Shown: in pieces, positions 8,786 to 16,948 of the stretch
Layout of the letters: every line of letters starts with the position of its first letter
Numbering within the stretch: position 1 is the stretch's first letter
Assembly (NCBI GenBank): GCA_041494705.1
Contig: JBGQBI010000002.1
Location: 240,001 to 272,000, forward strand
Reading direction: 5' to 3'
Source of the DNA: Candidatus Methanoperedens sp.
Lineage (GTDB): Archaea > Halobacteriota > Methanosarcinia > Methanosarcinales > Methanoperedenaceae
DNA length: 32,000 nucleotides
The notes under the pieces: model-generated
Seen by the model: only the letters and a program-made list of their open reading frames with translations
What the model was told of the DNA's origin: nothing
Database searches by the model: none
Position numbers and translations under genes: made by a program

Positions 8786-8853
8786 CCTTTACCTTGGTTC
8801 GCCTCCATCTCATAACAATCTTTTTATCGCTTGCGCCACTTTATAGAGTTTTA

Positions 8854-9675
8854 ATGACAACCATCGAGAATAAAAAGCTCGGATTTATCGGCACCGGGAA
8901 GATGGGCGAAGCCCTGATAAAAGGCATACTTCATGCCAGACTCGTCCCTCCGGAGAACATATACGCAAGCGACATGGATTCCGAAAAGTTGGAGTCGCTT
9001 GAAGAGCAGTATAAAATAAATACCTGCAAGGACAACTGTTCTGCGGTCACAGATTCGGACATTCTCATAATTGCGGTCAAGCCGCAAACAATTCCGGCTC
9101 TTCTAAAAGAGATAAAATTCTCCATAAAGAACCAGTTGATTATATCAATTGCCGCAGGCGTAGCAATCGCGACTTATGAAAATGAGCTGCCGCGCGGAAC
9201 GAAGGTTGTGAGGGTAATGCCGAATATCGCGGCGACAGTCAGGGAGGCGGCATCGGCAATCAGTCCGGGAAGCGCGGTATCAAAGGATGACCTTGAGATT
9301 GCGAAAATGATTTTTAATGCCATAGGGCGAAGCGTCATACTGCCTGAGCATCTTATGGATGCAGTCACGGGATTATCGGGCAGCGGCCCAGCTTATATTT
9401 TCATGGTAATCGAAGCGCTTGCAGACGGCGGAGTTCATGAAGGGCTTGACAGGAATACTGCAAAATTACTTGCAGCCCAGACCGTTCTTGGCGCGGCTAA
9501 AATGGTTCTTGAGGACAGAAGTCATACCGGTGAGTTAAAAGACATGGTAACATCACCGGGCGGCACAACAATCAGGGGTCTTCGGGTAATGGAAGAACGG
9601 GGCGTCCGGGTTGCAATGATGAATGCAGTAATTGCGGCATGTGAACGTTCAAAAGAACTTGGCAAGAAGACCTGA
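8854..9675 (+). CDS. proC: Pyrroline-5-carboxylate reductase
   Basis: Rossmann motif LGFIGTGKMGEA near the N-terminus and the C-terminal motif VTSPGGTTI. Start set at ATG 8854 (MTTIENKK...). Confidence 0.85.
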   Translation: MTTIENKKLGFIGTGKMGEALIKGILHARLVPPENIYASDMDSEKLESLEEQYKINTCKDNCSAVTDSDILIIAVKPQTIPALLKEIKFSIKNQLIISIAAGVAIATYENELPRGTKVVRVMPNIAATVREAASAISPGSAVSKDDLEIAKMIFNAIGRSVILPEHLMDAVTGLSGSGPAYIFMVIEALADGGVHEGLDRNTAKLLAAQTVLGAAKMVLEDRSHTGELKDMVTSPGGTTIRGLRVMEERGVRVAMMNAVIAACERSKELGKKT

Positions 9676-9688
9676 ATGAAGGCAGAAG

Positions 9689-10495
9689 ATGTCTCTCCTT
9701 TCTGATATAGAAAAAAAGGCAAGAAAGAACCATGCAAGGATTGGACTCGGGATAGGGAAGATTTCTGAAAAACTGATTAAGAGCGCAGAAGCAGCCAGCG
9801 AGTATGCAGATGTTGTTCTTGTCGGGGATGAAAAACAGATTAAGGCAACAGGCACCAAACTTGAGATAATCCACTCAACCGAACCGCCAAAAAAACTGGT
9901 TGAATTGCTGGTCTCAGGCGAGATTGACGGCGCTGTCAGGGGAACTCTCAGCGCGACAAAAACCCTTTCGGAATTAAAAAAATCACTTAGCCTCACAAAA
10001 TTATACAGGGTCGCATTACTGGAAACGGCAGATGGGAGACCCTTTTTCCTCGCGCCCGTGGGTATTGATGAAGGAAATTCCGTGGAAGATAAGGTCGAGT
10101 TAATAAAACGGGGTGTCGAGCATTTCAGGCGTTTGGGTATAGAAGCGAAAGTCGGGATTCTCTCTGGCGGACGGTTTGAAGATAAAGGCAGGGATGAGAA
10201 GGTGGACAGGACGCTTGCAGAGGCTGATATTGTAACAAAAAGAGTACGCCAGATGGGAATAAGCGCAAAGGATTATTCAATATTGATAGAAGATGCAATC
10301 GAAGAGGCAAATTTTATAATTGCGCCGGATGGGATTTCGGGGAATCTTATTTTCAGGACGCTTGTGTTCCTGGGCGGCGGGTACGGTCATGGCGCGCCCA
10401 TATTGATGGAAAAGGTGTTCGTGGATACATCGAGGGTGGGCGGGCATTATACGAGGGCTATAATGCTGGCAAGCGCGCTAAAAATAACGTCTTAA
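9689..10495 (+). CDS. MtxX-like / methanogen marker protein 4 family (phosphotransacetylase-fold), function unknown
   Basis: The 268-aa size and overall pattern (IGLGIG..., VVLVGDE..., [14 protein letters not shown]) match my recollection of the MtxX/marker-4 family. Not verified by search. Confidence 0.5.
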   Translation: MSLLSDIEKKARKNHARIGLGIGKISEKLIKSAEAASEYADVVLVGDEKQIKATGTKLEIIHSTEPPKKLVELLVSGEIDGAVRGTLSATKTLSELKKSLSLTKLYRVALLETADGRPFFLAPVGIDEGNSVEDKVELIKRGVEHFRRLGIEAKVGILSGGRFEDKGRDEKVDRTLAEADIVTKRVRQMGISAKDYSILIEDAIEEANFIIAPDGISGNLIFRTLVFLGGGYGHGAPILMEKVFVDTSRVGGHYTRAIMLASALKITS

Positions 10496-10503
10496 ATCTT
10501 GTT

Positions 10504-11331
10504 ATGTCCCTTCATGACCTCCTGAAAGACAAAATCCCGGAGGAAAAACTATCATTACTCCCGAGAGGTTTTGAGGTCATCGGGGACATTGCGATTATTA
10601 ATATTCCACCGGCTCTGGATAACGAAAAATATCTTATCGCCGATGCGCTGGCTTGCCAGAAGAATATCAAAAAAGTGCTTCGGAAACTCCATAAAATTGA
10701 AGGCGCTGCACGGGCGGGAGAGTTCGAATTATTGCTCGGGAACAGCACAACCACTATTCACAGGGAGAACAATTGCGCCTTTTTTGTGGATGTTGCGAAA
10801 ACATATTTTTCAGGGAAAATGTATTACGAAAGAAACAGGATAGCGCAAAAAGTAAATGACGGCGAGGTAGTCCTGGTATTATTCGCAGGCGTGGGGCCGT
10901 TTTTGATACCGATTAAGAAGAAAAAGAATGTCAGAATAACAGGACTCGATAATAACCCGGATGCGTGCGCCTTTTTGAAAAAGAACCTCGAACTTAATGA
11001 TGTTGAAGCCGATATTATCCTCGCAGACGCGAATTCAATAGGACATATTTTCAAAGAACCTTTTGACAGGATAGTGATGCCCGCTCCTTACGGGCAGGAC
11101 CATTTTCTTAATCTTGCCGGTTCCATATTGAAACCTGAAGGAATAATCCACTTTTATACTTTCAAGAAGGATTTTGAGATTGCCCATTTTAAAAAGCTGC
11201 TTTCTGAAAGCGGGTGGCATATCGATTTTTACAGGGGCTGCGGCGAGGTTGCTCCGCGGGTTAAGAGATATGTTTTCGATTTGAGGAAAAATCAAATACC
11301 TTTATACGGCGAGGACGCTGAGTTAAGATAA
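10504..11331 (+). CDS. Trm5/Taw22-type (Met-10+ like) SAM-dependent tRNA methyltransferase
   Basis: FEVIGDIAIINIP matches the N-terminal domain. VLVLFAGVGPFLIP is the SAM motif I, followed by GLDNNPDA, then IVMPAPY. The architecture is typical of archaeal Trm5. Confidence 0.65.
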   Translation: MSLHDLLKDKIPEEKLSLLPRGFEVIGDIAIINIPPALDNEKYLIADALACQKNIKKVLRKLHKIEGAARAGEFELLLGNSTTTIHRENNCAFFVDVAKTYFSGKMYYERNRIAQKVNDGEVVLVLFAGVGPFLIPIKKKKNVRITGLDNNPDACAFLKKNLELNDVEADIILADANSIGHIFKEPFDRIVMPAPYGQDHFLNLAGSILKPEGIIHFYTFKKDFEIAHFKKLLSESGWHIDFYRGCGEVAPRVKRYVFDLRKNQIPLYGEDAELR

Positions 11332-11337
11332 GTAAGC

Positions 11338-11697
11338 ATGATATATTCACCTCATTCATCAGACGGTATCCTGTACGGTTTTGGGAATTATCTTCTGGTG
11401 ATGTTCATTTACCTGGGTATTGCGGTGGGATTGCACGAACTCGGTCATATTTTATTTGCAAAATATCATAAGCTTGAATACAGGATTCTATTTGAAAAAG
11501 GCAATATAAGAATAGCTGCGGACTGGGAAAAGCTTGGAGGCAAAAAGGTGTACGGGAATATACTCGGTATTGTTTTTGGTCTTTTCCCGACAATGGTTGC
11601 CGGCTGGCTCTATCACACGCCGATTTTTCTTTTATTGTATCTTCTTTCATGCTATGACGATTTCGGCGCCGTGGTCGTGGAACTTCAAAAATTTTAA
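11338..11697 (+). CDS. Small membrane protein with HExxH motif (DUF3267-like putative membrane zincin)
   Basis: GLHELGHILF sits at the end of the first TM helix. There are 3 predicted hydrophobic segments in 119 aa. Confidence 0.5.
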   Translation: MIYSPHSSDGILYGFGNYLLVMFIYLGIAVGLHELGHILFAKYHKLEYRILFEKGNIRIAADWEKLGGKKVYGNILGIVFGLFPTMVAGWLYHTPIFLLLYLLSCYDDFGAVVVELQKF

Positions 11698-11855
11698 ATT
11701 TCCGTAACAAACTAAGTTATAAGGATTATGATTATAATGAACTATATACAATAATTTGGAAAGCTTTAAATATTTTCGGAACATATCATTATTTGGAATT
11801 GCTGCTTGAGGGGGAAACTTTAGCAGTCTGGAAATTGCCGAATGGGGGGCCAATA

Positions 11856-12239
11856 ATGTTCAAAGAGATAGTACTGCATTCCAGGAAAATCATCAAATAT
11901 AGCATTTGCTTGCTTATTTTTTTGATTATTCTGGATGTCATCAGTACCTATATCGGGATAAAATATGTCAATGCCTACGAAGCCAACGAAAAAGCAGCAT
12001 ATCTTTTTAATTTATTTGGAATGCTATTACCATCAGGTTTAAAAATTTTAACGGTTCTGCTATTAGGTTTCATAACAAGAATTATCTGGAAAAACTCCGA
12101 ATTTATGCTGCACAATGGAAACGGCCTGGGAAACTCAGTGGCAATTATATCCATCTTAAATATTATGTTCATACTAATTTTTCTGAATATTGTGTATTTT
12201 TTAATTATAATGAACAATATCAATATCATTTATAATTAA
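11856..12239 (+). CDS. DUF5658-like polytopic membrane protein
   Basis: LIILDVISTYIGIKYVNAYEANEKA resembles the D-x-x-[ST]-T...E-x-N signature of DUF5658. 4 hydrophobic segments, AT-rich. Start set at ATG 11856, which is preceded by GGGGGG. The track ORF starts at TTG 11793. Confidence 0.45.
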   Translation: MFKEIVLHSRKIIKYSICLLIFLIILDVISTYIGIKYVNAYEANEKAAYLFNLFGMLLPSGLKILTVLLLGFITRIIWKNSEFMLHNGNGLGNSVAIISILNIMFILIFLNIVYFLIIMNNINIIYN

Positions 12240-12344
12240 AATACAGATTTCGCAGACTACACAGTGGACTGAGCATAATATAAAAATGCAGTTAAATTAG
12301 AGGAACCAAAATACTTAATAAATATAAGATTGCTATTAACATTA

Positions 12345-12596
12345 ATGGTAATCGAAACAACAATCTTATTTTTGGTAATTTTGGCTGTGATTGCTGTATA
12401 TATTGTTTTGAAGGCTGCAAAGTACCTGATTGTGAATTCAATAATGGGACTCATTCTTCTTGCTATGGGCAACATCATTTTTAAATTAGACATTGCTTAT
12501 ACCGCTACAGTGGTATTGATTTGCGCACTCGGGGGAATTCCCGGTGCAATCCTTATAATGCTGCTTCATGTACTGGGCATAGCGTTTTTACCTTAG
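12345..12596 (+). CDS. BofA-family small membrane protein (pro-sigmaK processing inhibitor-like)
   Basis: Its size matches B. subtilis BofA (87 aa). The C-terminal ALGGIPGAILIML aligns with BofA GILGIPGIAALVV. It has two to three TM helices. Alternative start at TTG 12330. Confidence 0.55.
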   Translation: MVIETTILFLVILAVIAVYIVLKAAKYLIVNSIMGLILLAMGNIIFKLDIAYTATVVLICALGGIPGAILIMLLHVLGIAFLP

Positions 12597-12706
12597 ATCT
12601 GGCTCTTTAGCAAAATCACCGAACAACTGGTCTCATTCTAAGCTATGAGAAAAGAAGTGATGGATTGAATACAAAAAATTATTTTCCCGGACGCCAATAA
12701 AAAACA

Positions 12707-13528
12707 ATGCCCTCAAAATCGATTGTCAATCTGGACCGGATATCTTTCATTCGAAACAATACAATTATCCTTCATGATATTTCCCTGAAGATAGAACGCG
12801 GCCAGCACTGGGCAATACTCGGGCCAAATGGCTCAGGAAAGACAAGCCTGGTCAGCATTGTTAACGGTTACCACTGGCCATCGGAAGGGACTGCGGAAGT
12901 ATTGGGAAAAAGATTCGGTTCCACATACCTTCGGGAATTGCGCCGGCACATAGGTGAATGCAGCTCTGAGATTATGAATATGGTTCATAACCATGATTCT
13001 GTCATGGATATAGTGCTATCGGGCAGGTTCGCCAGCATCGGCCTGTATGAAACGCCTTTTGCGGGAGACTATGACCGTGCACAAGAGTTACTGGCATTTT
13101 TTGGATTATCCGGGGTTTCGGGTCGCAGTTTCGGGGTACTTTCGGATGGTGAAAAACAGAAAACCATTATCGCAAGGGCTTTATTGCCCGAACCGGAATT
13201 ACTTGTACTGGATGAGCCGTGCGCCGGCCTTGACCTGAAAGCGAGGGAGGAATTGCTGGATGCGGTAGAGAATATGTGTAAAGCCCCTGGCGGTCCGACA
13301 TTGATCTATATTTCGCATCATATCGAAGAGATAATACCTGCAATTACCCATGCGCTGGTTTTAAGGAAAGGCCGGATGGTTGCCCGGGGCGCCAAAAAAG
13401 ATGTGCTTACGGGCGAAGTGCTAAGTTCGGCTTTTGATATACCAATCGAACTTGTTAAGAGAAACGGCCGTTTTTGGCCTGTAGTATCGAAAGGTTTCGG
13501 GACTGTAAAAAAGTTTGGTGTTGAGTAA
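12707..13528 (+). CDS. ABC-type ATPase, orphan (no adjacent permease), ModF/YlmA-like
   Basis: Walker A GPNGSGKTS, signature LSDGEKQK, Walker B LLVLDEP and H-loop ISHH. Confidence 0.85.
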   Translation: MPSKSIVNLDRISFIRNNTIILHDISLKIERGQHWAILGPNGSGKTSLVSIVNGYHWPSEGTAEVLGKRFGSTYLRELRRHIGECSSEIMNMVHNHDSVMDIVLSGRFASIGLYETPFAGDYDRAQELLAFFGLSGVSGRSFGVLSDGEKQKTIIARALLPEPELLVLDEPCAGLDLKAREELLDAVENMCKAPGGPTLIYISHHIEEIIPAITHALVLRKGRMVARGAKKDVLTGEVLSSAFDIPIELVKRNGRFWPVVSKGFGTVKKFGVE

Positions 13529-13531
13529 ATT

Positions 13532-13597
13532 CTTTGCGTCCTTTGCGCCCTCTGCGGTGGAAAATCCTGCACCGCAAAGCACGCCAAGAGCGCAAAG
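13532..13597. repeat. REP-like imperfect palindrome of the CTTTGCG family (full copy)
   Basis: Arms are CTTTGCGTCCTTTGCGCCCTCTGCGGTG (13532-13559) and CACCGCAAAGCACGCCAAGAGCGCAAAG (13570-13597). It starts 3 nt after the ABC ATPase stop. Confidence 0.8.
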
Positions 13598-13737
13598 TTA
13601 CTTTAGACGAAATTTAACACCAAAAGATTTTACACACACAAGGTTTCAATAACAATATATATTGATGCGGTTTAAGAATGAATAAGAAGAATCATAGGTT
13701 GAAATCCAAATAACCGTTGATTCGAGGGGTGATAAAT

Positions 13738-14697
13738 ATGACAAGTTTTGACGATATTGTTGTTGCGGCTGTGGAAAAGGTAATACCGAGCGTTGTGAAC
13801 ATCAGTGAAGTAAAGCTCATGAAAGATGCATACCTGCATGTGCACCCGGTGCCGGGTGTTGGCTCGGGTTTTGTTATCGATGAAGAGGGCTGGATACTGA
13901 CAAATGCCCATGTTGTGCTGGGTTCAACCGAGATAAAAGTGACGCTGGAGGATGGAAGAACATTGCCTGGAGAACTCCGGGGCATTGATACCATCATGGA
14001 CCTTGCAGTTCTCCACATCGATGCAAACAACCTGCCTGTGCCAGAGATGGCAAAGAATAATAATCTCAAGATTGGCCAGATGGCAATTGCGATAGGCAGC
14101 CCGTTAGGTCTTGTCGGGGGCCCCACGGTCACGGCAGGTGTTGTGAGCGCGCTTAACAGGTCAATCCAGACCGAGGCTACATTTATGGAAGGGCTGATAC
14201 AGACTGATGCTGCCATTAACCCCGGCAACAGCGGTGGGCCCCTGATTAACAGCGAAGGCGTGGTGATAGGAATAAACAGCGCCATCATACCTTTTGCCCA
14301 GGGCATCGGGTTTGCCATCCCTATCCAGCCTGCCATGTGGATAGCTCAGCAGTTGCGGGAGCATGGCGAGATAATCAGGCCGTGGATAAGTATGAATGCA
14401 GTGGATGTCAATCCCAAAATGGTGGCATACTACAAACTTCCCATTGAAAAAGGGGTAATGGTTACCAACGTAATACCAAAAAGCGAAGCTGACAAATCAG
14501 GGCTGGGGATAGGAGACATCCTGGTTCGGATGGATGATGTTGAAATCAACAATGTCAGGGACCTGATAAAAGTCATGAACAAACGCAAGGTGGGTGACAG
14601 GGTCGCGATGGAATTATTCAGGGGACTGGAGAAGCTATCGCTAAAAACCGTGCTTGAGAAAGCGCCCTCGGCAATGCCAAAACCGAGAAAGGGCTAA
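13738..14697 (+). CDS. HtrA/DegP-family trypsin-like serine protease with C-terminal PDZ domain
   Basis: Catalytic triad contexts are TNAHVV, MDLAVL and GNSGGP. The PDZ-like segment is GLGIGDILVRMDD. Start set at ATG 13738, which is preceded by GAGGGGTGAT (SD-like). Confidence 0.85.
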   Translation: MTSFDDIVVAAVEKVIPSVVNISEVKLMKDAYLHVHPVPGVGSGFVIDEEGWILTNAHVVLGSTEIKVTLEDGRTLPGELRGIDTIMDLAVLHIDANNLPVPEMAKNNNLKIGQMAIAIGSPLGLVGGPTVTAGVVSALNRSIQTEATFMEGLIQTDAAINPGNSGGPLINSEGVVIGINSAIIPFAQGIGFAIPIQPAMWIAQQLREHGEIIRPWISMNAVDVNPKMVAYYKLPIEKGVMVTNVIPKSEADKSGLGIGDILVRMDDVEINNVRDLIKVMNKRKVGDRVAMELFRGLEKLSLKTVLEKAPSAMPKPRKG

Positions 14698-14699
14698 AG

Positions 14700-15902
14700 C
14701 TACTTTATTTCGTAGTAGCCAATCTCGTCTTTTGTGAGGTAGCAGGCGGGGTCATCAGCCCAGACATTGCCGTATATCGCTTCGGCGCGTACGCGGAAAT
14801 TCCCGTTGCAGATATCGAACCACTTGCAGTGGGCGCACCTGTCTGCGTTTGCCTTTATCAGCGGTTTCCTGCTCTTAAGACCCGCCATGAGTTCATTACT
14901 CGTATCTGTCCAGATTTCGCTGAATTTTCGCTCCTTCACATTGCCAAAGGAATAATGCCTCCAGAACTGGTCTGCATGGACAGAGCCGTCCCACGACACG
15001 CAGCCGATGCCGATGCCAGAGGAATTGCCCTGATTCATCTGGAGGAGTTCCAACACATCTGCCGCGCGTTTGGGGTCTTCTTTCAGCAGGCGGAAATAAA
15101 CATACGGACCATCGCAGTGGTTATCAACGGTCAGTACCTCAATCGGGAAGCCTTTGTCATGCAGCGCTTTTGTCCTGTCCATGATAAGGTCAAGTGTCTT
15201 CCTGCTTTCTTCATGCGAGAGTTCCTGCTCTACCAGCTTTGAGCCGCGCCCGGCGTAAACAAGATGATAGAAGCAGACGCGCGGGATTTTCTCTTTTTCA
15301 AGAAGGTCGAATATGGCAGGAATATCCTTTACATTTTTCTTATTGATCGTAAAGCGCAATCCAACTTTAACACCTTCTGCAAGGCAGTTGCGCATCCCGT
15401 TAAGCGCGGCGTCAAAAGCGCCTTTCATACCCCTGAATTTATCGTTTGTCTCTCTCATACCGTCCAGGGATACGCCTACATACGAAAGGCCAATATCCTT
15501 GAGCACCTTTGCCATTTTCTTGTCTATCAAGGTGCCGTTTGTGGAGATGACGGCGCGCATTCCTTTTGACCTTGCATACAAGGCAAGCTCGGGAAGGTCT
15601 TTTCGCATGATTGGCTCGCCGCCTGAAAAAAGAATGACGGGAGCACCGAATTGTGCCAGGTCGTCGATGAGGTCTTTACCCTGCTGCGTTGTAAGTTCGT
15701 TTTTATATTCGATGTCCTTTGACTGGGCATAGCAATGGACGCATTTAAGGTTGCAGCGTCTTCCCATGTTCCAGACAACGACCGGTTTTTTGTCTTTTGA
15801 GAATTGCAATAAGTGCGAGGGAAGCTTGCTTGAGTCCCGCCCGTACCTGAGGGCATCTGAGGGCTCAACGGTTCCGCAGTAAAGTTTTGAAATACCTATC
15901 AT
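14700..15902 (-). CDS. Radical SAM enzyme of the NirJ/AhbC/AhbD type (alternative haem biosynthesis family), with C-terminal auxiliary Cys cluster
   Basis: CNLKCVHCY is the CxxxCxxC motif. The N-terminal ISKLYCGTVEPSDALRYG is characteristic of NirJ/Ahb proteins. The C-terminal CAHCKWFDICNGNFRVRA is SPASM/twitch-like. I cannot separate AhbC from AhbD by eye. Confidence 0.7.
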   Translation of the reverse strand: MIGISKLYCGTVEPSDALRYGRDSSKLPSHLLQFSKDKKPVVVWNMGRRCNLKCVHCYAQSKDIEYKNELTTQQGKDLIDDLAQFGAPVILFSGGEPIMRKDLPELALYARSKGMRAVISTNGTLIDKKMAKVLKDIGLSYVGVSLDGMRETNDKFRGMKGAFDAALNGMRNCLAEGVKVGLRFTINKKNVKDIPAIFDLLEKEKIPRVCFYHLVYAGRGSKLVEQELSHEESRKTLDLIMDRTKALHDKGFPIEVLTVDNHCDGPYVYFRLLKEDPKRAADVLELLQMNQGNSSGIGIGCVSWDGSVHADQFWRHYSFGNVKERKFSEIWTDTSNELMAGLKSRKPLIKANADRCAHCKWFDICNGNFRVRAEAIYGNVWADDPACYLTKDEIGYYEIK

Positions 15903-15955
15903 TTTATTGCTCCGATGTTCGTAATATTACGAATTGATTTTATTTATAGATATGG

Positions 15956-16228
15956 TCATTCGATTAAATTTATCAATAGTCCTTTCTTTTCATCAATTTT
16001 AATCTCTATAACGGATGTATTATCCACAAGCTCTTTTTCTATAAATATATCGATTCCGTCCTGCGTAAAAGTAACATCACCTGCAAGCGGTTTTTTCACA
16101 GGAGTTATCTCAAAACGCTTGCAGCATCCGCCGCCGCCTGTAAATATACGCATTGCGTATGCATTCTCTTTTAGCAGTTCTTTTTTTATAAGCTGGATGG
16201 CTTTCCCGTCTATAAAAAGTTTGCTCAT
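15956..16228 (-). CDS. HesB/IscA-like small protein with atypical GGGGCC motif, lacking the C-terminal Cys pair
   Basis: RIFTGGGGCCKRFEITPVKKPLAGDVTFTQDGIDIFIEKE parallels the IscA core (GGGCSGF...D.VFE.DGV.V.VD). It lies immediately upstream of the radical SAM gene on the same strand. Confidence 0.5.
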   Translation of the reverse strand: MSKLFIDGKAIQLIKKELLKENAYAMRIFTGGGGCCKRFEITPVKKPLAGDVTFTQDGIDIFIEKELVDNTSVIEIKIDEKKGLLINLIE

Positions 16229-16337
16229 TTTATTTCTGTCAAGTTGTCGGTTGCTTTAATCATTTTGGTTCATTGTCAAATTTCGGTTGCTGGAATCTAA
16301 AAGAGTTTAATACTATTAAATTGCTGTTGTATAATAG

Positions 16338-16589
16338 ATGAAAACGAAAAAAATACAATCGCTTTTACTAATAATAGCAACAACACTGACAGTCGTTTTA
16401 ACCGCACTCCTCTTGATTTTGGATAGTATTGTTCTAAAAATTTTATTATTATTTTCCAGTGGAATATCTGCATATTTTAGTATCGACCTTAGCAATGAAT
16501 TTGCCAAACATACATCACATTCTAACCGAGCACCACATGGGTATGACCCCTTTGAAGACATTGAAGTACAGAAGAAAAAAAAGCTGTAA
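16338..16589 (+). CDS. Small membrane protein (83 aa, 2 TM), AT-rich
   Basis: Two hydrophobic helices are followed by a charged tail. No family recognised. Confidence 0.35.
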   Translation: MKTKKIQSLLLIIATTLTVVLTALLLILDSIVLKILLLFSSGISAYFSIDLSNEFAKHTSHSNRAPHGYDPFEDIEVQKKKKL

Positions 16590-16698
16590 AAATATAATAA
16601 GAGTATCTTTAGTTAGAGTGCCGTTGGCTGGGTTCTGAATCAGCGTTATCCACTTATTCTCTCCCTCTACTTTGATACAGCAAGCTTCCGCAGGAGTT

Positions 16699-16905
16699 TT
16701 ACCACTCGCGCTCCAACCGGATGGCTCTTGGCTTGCACGCTGTTACGCAGGTGGTGCATCCGATGCAGAAACTTTTATCCACAACTTCTGCCACCTTCCT
16801 GCCGTTTTTTTCTACAATCCTGTAAATCCTCGGGCCTTTAGGACAAACCCTGATACATTCTCCGCATCCGGTGCATTTTTCGTCATCAACGAATATCTCA
16901 ATCAT
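16699..16905 (-). CDS. 2x[4Fe-4S] ferredoxin (68 aa)
   Basis: Two cluster motifs, CTGCGECIRVCP and CIGCTTCVTACKP. Only the C-terminal 68 codons of track ORF 16699-17244 look real. The upstream extension is low-complexity and overlaps aroC antisense. Confidence 0.75.
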   Translation of the reverse strand: MIEIFVDDEKCTGCGECIRVCPKGPRIYRIVEKNGRKVAEVVDKSFCIGCTTCVTACKPRAIRLEREW

Positions 16906-16948
16906 AATTCCAAGCACATATATAAACAATAAAGATAAATAATGGCGC
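16906..16948. promoter_or_regulatory. 43-nt divergent promoter region (ferredoxin <-> aroC), likely leaderless transcripts
   Basis: ATATATAAA (16918-16926) is centred about 27 nt upstream of the aroC ATG (16949). A/T-rich TATA-like sequence on the other strand (16926-16942) lies 25-32 nt from the ferredoxin ATG (16905). Confidence 0.35.
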
